Assembly (NCBI GenBank): GCA_964016885.1
Contig: OZ024742.1
Coordinates: 292,020,001 to 292,084,000 of the forward strand
Source: Eledone cirrhosa
Taxonomy: Eukaryota
DNA: 64,000 nucleotides
Reading direction: 5' to 3'
Notes under the pieces: generated by a model
Told to the model about the DNA's origin: nothing
The model's input: the letters and a program-made list of their open reading frames with translations, nothing else
The model's database searches: none
Shown: piece after piece, positions 12,782-23,582 of the stretch
Layout of the letters: each line of letters opens with the position of its first letter
Numbering within the stretch: the stretch's first letter is position 1
Translations under genes and position numbers: made by a program

Positions 12782-15636
12782 ATAAAGCCAAAACAATGCA
12801 GGTATGGACATAGAATAAAGCATGCAAATGCAAAAGATATTGTTGACAATTAGTCTTTTACCTTAGATTTATTTAAATGTCCTTAATTTTCGAGATAATA
12901 TCTCTTCTTCGGAGAGAAGTAAAGCGGTTAAACCAGTGTTCTAAATAGCTTGCCAAGTCATGCTGACAGGAAATGGTATAGAGTATCTGTTCTAATATCT
13001 CTAATATCAAAGAGTTAAGGTTAGGTGGATAAAGAGTAGTCTCCCTTCAAAAGGTTTTTTTTTTTTGTACATGCCTGTTTAAGTGTGTGGGAGAATGCGT
13101 GATGGTGTAAGTATGTGTGTGTGTGTGTGTGAGAAGATATGTCTATACGTAAATGTGGGGGATAGATGTTAACTCGTGTTAGAACTGGTCTTTGTGTGTG
13201 TATGTGTGTGTGTGAGAGAGAATAAGTGGAGGTGTAAGCGTGTGTGTGGGAGGGGGTGTAAATATGGGGCTAGATGCTCTATCAAGTTATAAATTGGGTG
13301 TTGAGTTCTAGTCTATTATTGATTGGTGGTTGTGTTTTGTCTATAATTAGTGCTTCCTTAATTCTAAGATTGCCGAGGTTTCTTTCCTTAGTTTCTATCC
13401 TAACTGTTATGGTTTTATCGGTGTTTTTGCATTTAACTAGGTGTTTCTTAAATGAGGAAGCGTTAGTATTGAGGTGTTCTTTTATTCTTATGTGGAGTGG
13501 TCTGGTGGTGCTACCTACGTAGAAGTTGCTGCATTTGTTGCACTCTAGTCTGTATACGACGTATGCCTGGTGGCATAGGTCTGTGTCGTTGATGGGGCAG
13601 TTGGCTAGTTTGCAGCAGTTGTCATGTCTAGTGGAGTGTCTTTTGGTTAGCTGTCCGCTAGTTAAGCTCAACTACACCACTAGAAATAGCAGACTGCCCA
13701 CTTTCTACCACCTCATCAAGACCCACAAGAATAGTACTAAGACACAAATAAGACTCATCGTCTCTAGCATAGAAGGACCTCTATACAAAATTTCCTGGCT
13801 CCTCTCCCAGATCCTCAAGCCTCTACTCTCCACCTTTCCCGGGCATGTCAGTAGTTCCGTCGAAGTTATCCATAGACTACACCAACTCCAGCCAGAACAA
13901 CTTAAACTAAATAGATACGCCTTTAGCCTCGACGTTGTCTCCCTCTACACTACAGTCCCCGCTCATCCAGCTGTCGATTTATTGACGGACTGCGTGGTCG
14001 CAGAGGACATCCACTGCTACGGCCTCCATCCAACGGACATACACCAGCTTTTGTCCTTCACAGTGGACAACACGTACTTCAGCTTCCACCACCACACATA
14101 CAGACAGACAACAGGATTACCCATGGGATCCAGCCTATCAGGCCTGCTGGCCATCACCTATATGAACCAGCTAGAATGCCGAGCCCTCAACACCTGCCAT
14201 TCCCATGCCTTCTTCACCCGATATGTAGATGACATACTCATCCTTACATCATCCCGTGAGGAGGCGGATAAAATATACACAACATTCTCCAGCATGGACG
14301 CCAGTATAAAGTTCAGCATGGAACACCCCGATGACCACGGATCCCTATCCCTACTGGACTTCCAACTCAGGGTAACAGAGGAAGGCAACATCCACACCTG
14401 CTTCTATAAATAAGCCGCCAGCAGGGACCTGTTTGTACATTTCAGATCGGCCCTCCCAGCCGGCGCTAAGTTCGGATACATAAGGAACGAACTAACGCAT
14501 ATCCGGAACAAATGCACCAACGCCAGAGACCGAGACACACACACCACACATTTCCTGGAAGTACTCAAACTGAACGGATACACGACATCCACCACAAACC
14601 GTGCCAGAAAGAACAGAGGACACCACACCCGAGGCACTAACACTTGCTTCCTGAAGCTCCCACACTTCAGTGACGAAACAACAATAGCCATCCACAGAGC
14701 TATCAGACGAGAGGGACTAGATATCCAACTAGCCCACTCAGGTCCTTCTCTACGCGGAGAGCTAACCAAAAGACACTCCACCAGACATGACAACCGCTGC
14801 AGGCTAGCCAACTGCCCCATCAACGACACAGACCTATGCCACCAGGCTTATGTCATATACAGACTAGAGTGCGACAAATGCAGCAACTTCTACGTAGGTA
14901 GCACCACCGGACCACTTCACATAAGAATAAAAGAACACCTCAATACTAACGCTTCCTCATTTAAGAAACACCTAGTTAAAAGCAAAAACACCGACAAAAC
15001 CATAACAGTTAGGATAGAAACTAAGGAAAGAAACCTCGGCAATCTTAGAATTAAGGAAGCACTAATTATAGACAAAACACAACCACCAATCAATAATAGA
15101 CTAGAACTCAACACCCAATTTATAACTTGATAGAGCATCTAGCCCCATATTTACACCCCCTCCCACGCACACACACACACACACACGCTTACACCTCCAC
15201 TTATTCTCTCTCACATAAACACACAAAGACCAGTTCTAACACGAGATAACATCTATCCCCCACATTTTTGTATAGACATATCTACTCACTCACACACACA
15301 CACACATACTTACACCTTCACGCATTCTCCCACACACTTAAACAGGCATGTACAAAAAAAAAAAAACCTTTTGAAGGGAGACTACTCTTTATCCACCTAA
15401 CCTTAACTCTTTGATATTAGAGATAGAACAGATACTCTATACCATTTCCTGTCTGCATGACTTGGCAAGCTATTTAGAACACTGGTTTAACCGCTTTACT
15501 TCCCTCCGAAGAAGAGATATTATTTCGAAAATTAAGGACATTTAAATAAATCTAAGGTAAAAGACTAATTGTCAACAATATCTTTTGCATTTGCATGCTT
15601 TATTCTATGTCTATACCTGCATTGTTTTGGCTTTAT
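12782..15636 (+). mobile_element. Penelope-like element with ~870-bp inverted terminal duplication
   Basis: 12782-13652 is the reverse complement of 14760-15636 with few mismatches; internal RT + GIY-YIG frame. Confidence 0.95.
13660..15130 (+). pseudogene. Penelope RT + GIY-YIG ORF, 5'-truncated, one premature stop
   Basis: FYHLIKTHK, SLDVVSLYT, GLPMGSSLS, RYVDD, LSLLD; TAA at 14411-14413 then in-frame to VIYRLEC..FYVGST..RIKEH..IKEALII..PPIN, TGA 15128-15130. Confidence 0.92.
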
Positions 15637-15698
15637 TAAACATACACAAACGTTTATACCTCATTACACAATGCTTCAAGTGAACTACAACTTCCTCC

Positions 15699-15738
<40 letters not shown>

Positions 15739-15774
15739 TTATTTAATTATGTAATAAACAACACGAGACAATTA

Positions 15775-15847
15775 TTCCATTTACCAAAGGTTTCACGAAG
15801 ACAGACGAGCTCAACAGAGACATCTGCAATCACTCATCAGAATGAAA
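15775..15847 (-). ncRNA. Type I hammerhead motif with long stem II
   Basis: UUUCAUU CUGAUGA [long imperfect hairpin] GAAA CC UUU GG UA|AAUGGAA; inverted partner at 21287-21359 has CUGCUGA. Confidence 0.7.
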
Positions 15848-15979
15848 ATTTAATATGGACGTAAGATATGAATTTAAAATCAAAGAATATTACAATTGAA
15901 AGCGAGGCTGATATATAATAAAATAAAATAATCGGAAAAATATACACACTGAAGCAGAACGTAAGGTGATGGGGTAAAT

Positions 15980-16405
15980 ATCATCATCATCTTCGTTTAC
16001 GTCCATTTTCCACACTAGCATGGGTTAGACGGGAGTTATCCCACTTGAGGCAAGATTGGTCGGGTGACCATGTCTCGCTCATATAGGACTTTCTCCGGCT
16101 GGATGCCCTTCTTAACACCAACGACATTTAGTGTGGAACTGGGAACTTTTTACCGTGTTACCTACACAGCTACATTACAGCGTGGACTGTGTGTTTTTTT
16201 TTTCTCGTGACACCTACACGATCTCGATCTCATTTATCTCATTTATTTGGACTGGATGTTGTGGTACCAACTTTATAGAGAGAGGGTGGTGTTAGTGGGA
16301 GGATAGGGTAGTGGATTGGGGGTGTATATTTGGTTAAGAGGTGCCTACTGACTGTAGGTTTCGCTTTGTACATAGGCAAGGCGGGTCTTCTGTATTACTG
16401 TGTAG
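15980..16405 (-). mobile_element. RTE 3'-end fragment
   Basis: Reverse complement of the RTE 3' UTR and (GAT)n tail seen at 6690-7109. Confidence 0.85.
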
Positions 16406-16411
16406 CGCCAA

Positions 16412-16452
<41 letters not shown>

Positions 16453-17033
16453 TACATATATATACCTACCCACACACATATATACATATACTCACACACA
16501 TACATACACATAAACATACGTACATAGACACACATACATACACACGAGAAACAATTGTAATATGTCCAATAAATTCCTTTTGTCGCAACACTGATTCTCT
16601 TTTTTCTGTGATATATATATATACATATAAATGCATACACACACATATGCAAGCGTAAGTATACATAGATACAAACATAAGCACATTTCGGGTTATTAAC
16701 TTAATATATGTAACCAACTGACCAGACATACGAAAAAGTAACAAACAAAATAGTAAGGTTTAAATACAATCTCACACACGCGCTACTCGTACATAAACAC
16801 ATTGGTGTACAAAAATACAAATAATTACATAAGAGTATGTAAATGGAAGTATATATATATACACACACACATATATACATGTATATATATTTTTCAAATC
16901 CACATTTAATAAAAGCGCGTTTTTTTCATTCTTACGACTGAAAGCAGCTTTATTTGCTTTCAAGAAACCACTGGTAAATTAAATAATTATCTTATGTTGT
17001 TTATTACATAACTATATATATATATATATAGTT

Positions 17034-17269
17034 ATGTAATAAACAACATAAGGCAATTATTCCATTTACCAGTGGTTTCTTAAAAGCAAAAGATTTTGCT
17101 TTCAATCCTCAGAATGAAAAAATCCTGGTCTGTTTATTGAATTTGGATTTTAAAATCCAAATTCAATAAACAGACCAGGATTTATTCATTCTGAGGATTG
17201 AAAGCAAAATCTTTTGCTTTTAAGAAACCACTGATAAATGGAATAATTGCCTTATGTTGTTTATTACAT
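17034..17269. repeat. Near-perfect spacerless palindrome with a hammerhead in each arm
   Basis: Centre GGATTTT|AAAATCC at 17150/17151; motif UUCAUU CUGAGGA UUGAAAGCAAAA-UC-UUUUGCUUUUAA GAAACCACUG(G/A)UA AAUGGAA at 17060-17118 (-) and 17185-17243 (+). Confidence 0.85.
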
Positions 17270-17343
17270 TACTATTAAGCTCTGTTACCTACATAGAGCA
17301 CTCTTTTTTCCTGGACTTTTCCGACGGAATTACTTCATTTATA

Positions 17344-17395
<52 letters not shown>

Positions 17396-17675
17396 TACAC
17401 ATACATAGACATACATACAAACATAGACGCACACATTTATAAAATCGAAATAGAAAGAAGATAAATAAATTAGACAAAAAATATTGAAATGCAAACAATT
17501 ATCCGTGCACATATATGTGTATATAAACTTATATAGAATATAGAGATAAGAAATACGGATAAGAAATTAAACATATATACACACGCATATATACACGCGC
17601 ATATATACACACACATATATAGACACGCACTTACACACACACACATATATATATAGATTTTAATAAACTTCCATT

Positions 17676-17721
<46 letters not shown>

Positions 17722-17811
17722 TAATATACACACATATATACATGCATACACACATGTGTATATATAAAAATGTTTGTATGTATGTCTATGTACGAGTATA
17801 TATATATATAT

Positions 17812-20025
17812 ATCATCATCATTTTACGTCCGCTTTTCCCTGCTTGCCAGGGTTGGACGGGCCCTACTCAGCACAACATCTCTCCACTTGTCACGGTCCT
17901 TCGTGATCTCCTCGGTGAGTTTCAGCGATCTGAAGTCTGCTCTCACCACCTCCGCCCACTCCGCCCATGTTTTTCATGGTCTTCCTCTACTGCGTCTTCC
18001 TTCTACTGGGATGTCTCAGCACTTCTTTACCCAGCGGTCATCCTCCATCCACATCGAATGTCCATACCATCTCAGTCTTCTGTCCTGCACACCACAACTT
18101 ATCCCTCTTATACCCAGTTTCTTTCTCAACTCATCTATGCTTGGTCATTCACGCACATTGACATTGCACATCCAATGGAGCATACTAGCTTCATTTCTCT
18201 CCAGCCGTCGCATATCCTCTGCAGTTGCTGCCCATGTCTCACTACCATGCATCATCGCGCATCTCACACAGGCATCATATAACCGTCCTCTCGTACGCAG
18301 GAGAAACCCTTCTTTGTCAACAGAGGAAGCAGCTCCCTAAACTTCTTCCAACCCGTCCTTATTCTAGATACTATGGCATCGGAACACCCCCTCCTATGCT
18401 AATCTGATCACCTAGGTACCGAAAGTTATCAACTACTTCTATAGAACCCACCTGCATTGGAAAAATGAGTCTATTACAATGATTACTACTGCCAACTTTC
18501 CCTGCATACATAGTTTTCCCTACCTGTTAGTTTGCCTGCTATCCCACTACATGTCTTGTGTACCCAAGATCTGCATTGCGTACATTTTATGGAATTTATG
18601 CCAGTTCCTTTCCTACATATCGAACATGGCCATTTCCCTGATGGAATCAGAGTATTGTCCTCTCTTCTACTTATCAATACTTTTGTTTTAACTGTGTTCA
18701 CTCTCAGGCCTCTTGATTCCAACTGCTGTTTCTATAGCCAGAATTTATTCTCTAGCTCCTCTACTGATTCTGCTATAAGAACCAGATCATCAGCATAGAG
18801 AAGTTCCCATAGACATCCAGTCTTAAACTCCTCTGTTATAGCTTGGAGGACTATAATGAACAAGAGTGGACTGAGGACCGAAACTTGATGTACACCTACT
18901 TGTATCTGGAATTCCTCACTAAACTCCATTCCTATTCTCACTTTACTGACAGCAGCCCTGTACATAGCTTGCACTGTCCTCACAAGCCATTCCTCTACAC
19001 CTAGTTTCCTTAGGGACCACCAAAGGCCTTCTCTAGGTCAACAAAAGCTAAGGCTTATTCTTCTCTAAGAGAGGTTCTCTAAGAACCTCTCTTATATTGC
19101 CTCATTAAGAAGAGGGCATCTGTTGTTCTTTTCCGAGGCATAAAACGAAACTGCATCTCATCTAATTTGACCCTTTCTCTAATCAGTTGCGCTAATATTC
19201 TCTCTGCCACTTTCATAACCTGATCCTTCAGCTTTATGCCCATATAATTGCTCCTCTCCAGAGCATCCCCTTTACCTTTGTAGCAATTTATGAGAATACT
19301 GCTGCACCAGTCTTTGGGTATGACACCACCATATATAGCTTGATTAATGATGCGTGCAACTAGTGTAATGACTACTTCTGATGCCTTCAGCATCTATCCC
19401 CGACGGTCCAGCAGCCTTACCATTCTTCATTTCCTTAATTGCCTCTTGTACCCTATGTTCGTCAACCTCTGTCGGGTCTACTGGAGGTAATTCCTCTCTG
19501 TCCCATTCGTTCTCTACATTCATCAGTCTCTCATAATGACATTTCCAGGCTTCCTTTTGATCATCATAACACCGGCATCATTCTGGACACATTTATCTCC
19601 AACAACATCCTGATTTGTACTGATACACTGCCTTGCAACGCGAAACACCGCACGTCTCTGATCTTCCCGTCGCAGAACATTGGCGAACCTCATACTCTCA
19701 TTACTGCTATATATATTTTGGTGACAGCCATCTTTGGCTGTGACCTCTTCAGGCAGTCCGAATTGGTGTGGTAGAGATGGGTACACATGTTGTTGAGGTG
19801 TTTAACTTCGTCAATACACTGATATGCCCAGTTCCTGGTTGGGTTGTTATTTCTCTGAGGAACTGGAATCATATGAATTCTAACAAACGAATTTCAGCGT
19901 CAAAGGACACCCTCTCCTCCCATTGGTCAGTTGTGAGAACATTCCTCAGTCAAAAGTCTATAAAAATTCTTTCTGAGGCGAGGCAATCTGTAGTGGTTGT
20001 TTTTGTTATTGTTAAGTACAGCTGA
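17812..20025 (-). mobile_element. Decayed RTE LINE (second subfamily)
   Basis: Fragments [50 protein letters not shown]; many frameshifts; (GAT)n tail at ~17812-17822. Confidence 0.9.
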
Positions 20026-20158
20026 CCTCCTCCCTTATGTTGGTGTTGGTGTTGGGGTCAGCTCAAGTCCGGCTGCTGCTATTTTTAGAAGAATTTGTGT
20101 GTGTGTGTGTTGGCATCTATCCTATGTATGTATGTATATATATATGTATGTATATATG

Positions 20159-20203
<45 letters not shown>

Positions 20204-20220
20204 ATATGTACTTGTGTATG

Positions 20221-21108
20221 TCATCATCATCATCAACGTTTAACGTCCGTGTTCCACGCTTGCATGGGTTTGGACGGGGGTATTCCCACTTGAGGCAAGA
20301 GTGATTGTCTTGCTCGCATAGGACTGTCTGGCAGGTTTTCTACAGTTGGATGCCCTTCCTAACACCAACCACATTTACAGTGTGGGTCTGGGAGGTTTTT
20401 ACTGTGTTGCCTACACGGCCACATTACAGCGTGGACTGTGTGTTTTTTTGTCGTGACACCTACACGATCTCATTTGTTTCGGCCTGGATGGCGTGGCACC
20501 AACATAACTTTACATAGAAGGGGGTGGTGTGGATGGGGTGGGGGTGGTGGGACGGGGTGTATTTTGTTAGAGATGCCTACTGGCTGTAGTAGGTTTTACT
20601 ATGTATTTAGGTAAGGCGGGTCTTCTCTGTTACTGAGTACCGCCAAAGGTCTCGGTCCAGTGACATTGTCTTGGAGAGGTGTAAGTGTGTGAGGTCGGAG
20701 TTTATCAGCTCGTCCCAGGTTTTTCTAGGTCTGCCTATTCCGTGGCTACCGTCTATCTTTATTGCCCTGCACTTTGTTATACAGCTATCGACTTTCATGC
20801 GCATCACGTGTCCATACCAACGTAGCCTTCTCTCGAGTAAACAACATCTGATCCCTCTTATTTTTAATTTTTTCCTTAGTTCGTTTATGCTTTGCCGTTC
20901 ACGTATATTACTATTACACATCCAGCGGAGCATGCAAGCTTCGTTCCTCTCTAGTCTGTGTATATCCTCTGCACACAATGACCAGGTCTCACTGCCATGC
21001 AACATTGCTGTTCGTATGCAGGCATCATACAACCTGCCTTTCATTTTTAGTGAGAACCCTTTAGCAGCTAATAGTGGTATAAGCTCTCTGAACTTTTTCC
21101 AACCAGTT
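20221..21108 (-). mobile_element. RTE LINE 3' fragment, near-identical to 6222-7109
   Basis: ORF 20607-21044 differs from the 5801-6724 product at only a few residues; same UTR and tail. Confidence 0.95.
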
Positions 21109-21575
21109 ATGTATGTGTATATATATATATTTTTTTTTTTACCTCATATCATAACTTTACGTTCTGCTTCAGTGTGTATATTTTTCCGGTTATTTTATTT
21201 TATTTCTTATCTTTATTATATATCAGCCTTGCTTTCAACTGTAATAGCCTTTGTTTTTAAATTTATATCTTACGTCCATATTAAATTTTCATTCTGCTGA
21301 GTGATTTCAGACATCTCTGTTGAGCTCATCTGTCTTCGTGAAACCTTTGGTAAATGGAATAATTGTCTTATGTTGTTTATTACATAATTAAATAGCTCTG
21401 TAGCATACATAGAGCACTCTCCTTTCCTTTACCCTTCCTACGGAAATACTTTATGTGTATATATATATATATATAAAAACAATGAGCTAAAGACTTCGTT
21501 GATATGTAATCAACTGAGTTATGTTTATAACAGATCCGAAGCACACAACTGATAATACGTATCTGGAGTATTATG

Positions 21576-21930
21576 ATAATAATAGTAATAAACAAAAGAT
21601 ATAACTTTATAACATCACTATTTATTTCATTATATATATTTCGGGGATGCAAAAATTTATGTTTGACATAATCAGAGCATGCCTTCTTCAGACAAAATAT
21701 ATGTGAGATCTATAAATTGTTTGATGATATACTTGCAAGAGTAATGATCTGTAAAGAACACTCTTGCGAGTAATCATCAAACAATTCATACATCTCACAT
21801 GTATTTTGTCTGAAGAAGGCATGCTCTGATTTATGTCAAACATAAATTTTTGTACCCCGAAATATATATAATGAAATAAATAGTGATGTTATAAAGTTAT
21901 ATCTTTCATTTATTACTATTATTATTATAT
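21576..21930. mobile_element. Fold-back element with hammerhead motifs (21802-21878 +, mirror ~21624-21699 -)
   Basis: Arms ~21576-21709 and ~21792-21930; UAUUUUGU CUGAAGA [long stem II] GAAA UAUAUA UA|AUGAAAUA. Confidence 0.7.
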
Positions 21931-22729
21931 ACCAGATAGAAAAATGCGTACAGCAAAAAAAAGTAATATTGTTGGAATAAAAACCTTTAAAAATACAGGA
22001 CAAGAAACTAAAATAAAACTTTAAAAGAATAGGACAAGAAACTAAGATAAAACTTTAAAGAATTGGACAAGAAATAAAAAATGTTACAATAATATTAGTG
22101 GCAAAATTTTTATTGGTAAAAAATCGAGTTCCACATTCATAGGCTCTGGGTTCCACATTCAGAAGTCGTCGTCAGACCGGGGGGATCATTTGATTCTGGT
22201 TTGACACCAATTGGGCCATAACCATACCCCTATTTCATAATTCGGCGACACGCCTCATGTGTCATGCATAATGTGAATGGACCCATGGGCCCATGATCAC
22301 AGATCTTGAGCAGCAACGGACGGTCTTGTCGTCCCGCTCATCCTTGATCTTGACCAACCCGTCCATCTTCTCCTTGCATCTTGTCCTTGAGTTCAAGTCC
22401 GGCAGTCCAGATGAATGCGTGCCACAGCTTTCTGGTACAGGAAGGGGGAGCAGGAGGACTGGAGGGATGACGGGACAGAGGGAGGTAAAGATTTACAAAA
22501 ATATGAAGAAGTAAAAATTTACAATAATATTAGTGGCAACATTTTTTTATTCGTTTCCTGTGCTATGCCCCAGTATCTTCTTGATTAGTGCATAATAATT
22601 GTAAATCTTATTATTGTAAATCTTTACTTCTTCATATTTTTTTTCCATTTTTTTTTTCTTTCCTTTTCTCTTCTTTTTCTTTTTTCTTCTTCCACCATCA
22701 TCCAAATTTTATATAAGCTGCTATCTTAG

Positions 22730-22799
<70 letters not shown>

Positions 22800-22919
22800 T
22801 ATAGACATAGAATATTCGAAAATATTCTGTATGTTTATAATAAACATTTTGAAGACCTAATCGCTATAGAATAGAATACGTCACGTATTACAATTAGATT
22901 CTCGATAAAAGCAAGGGAA

Positions 22920-22962
22920 GTAATCTACGCGTTTCATTCTTGTTAGAAATCATCAGGACTAC
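22920..22962 (-). ncRNA. Minimal type I hammerhead ribozyme, array unit 1
   Basis: GUAGUC CUGAUGA UUUCUAACAAGAAU GAAACGCGUA|GAUUAC; palindromic ACGCGU stem III; stem I extended by a 16-bp perfect helix (22898-22913/22971-22986). Confidence 0.88.
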
Positions 22963-23229
22963 ATATCCAGTGCTTTTATCGAGAATGACACAGCTAGAGA
23001 CTTATAGAATACTTAGCTGTGTACAGGAACTGGTTTGAAAGAGCGGTTGCCGGTCCGGCAGAAATTAGAAATTGGAATAAATGCTCTGAAATAGCGATAT
23101 ATATGTGAATATAGACATAGAATATTCGAAAATATTCTGTATGTTTATAATAAACATTTTGAAGACCTAATCGCTATAGAATAGAATACGTCACGTATTA
23201 CAATTAGATTCTCGATAAAAGCAAGGGAA

Positions 23230-23272
23230 GTAATCTACGCGTTTCATTCTTGTTAGAAATCATCAGGACTAC
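23230..23272 (-). ncRNA. Minimal type I hammerhead ribozyme, array unit 2
   Basis: Identical to 22920-22962, offset +310. Confidence 0.88.
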
Positions 23273-23539
23273 ATATCCAGTGCTTTTATCGAGAATGACA
23301 CAGCTAGAGACTTATAGAATACTTAGCTGTGTACAGGAACTGGTTTGAAAGAGCGGTTGCCGGTCCGGCAGAAATTAGAAATTGGAATAAATGCTCTGAA
23401 ATAGCGATATATATGTGAATATAGACATAGAATATTCGAAAATATTCTGTATGTTTATAATAAACATTTTGAAGACCTAATCGCTATAGAATAGAATACA
23501 TCACGTATTACAATTAGATTCTCGATAAAAGCAAGGGAA

Positions 23540-23582
23540 GTAATCTACGCGTTTCATTCTTGTTAGAAATCATCAGGACTAC
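23540..23582 (-). ncRNA. Minimal type I hammerhead ribozyme, array unit 3
   Basis: Identical to 22920-22962, offset +620. Confidence 0.88.
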
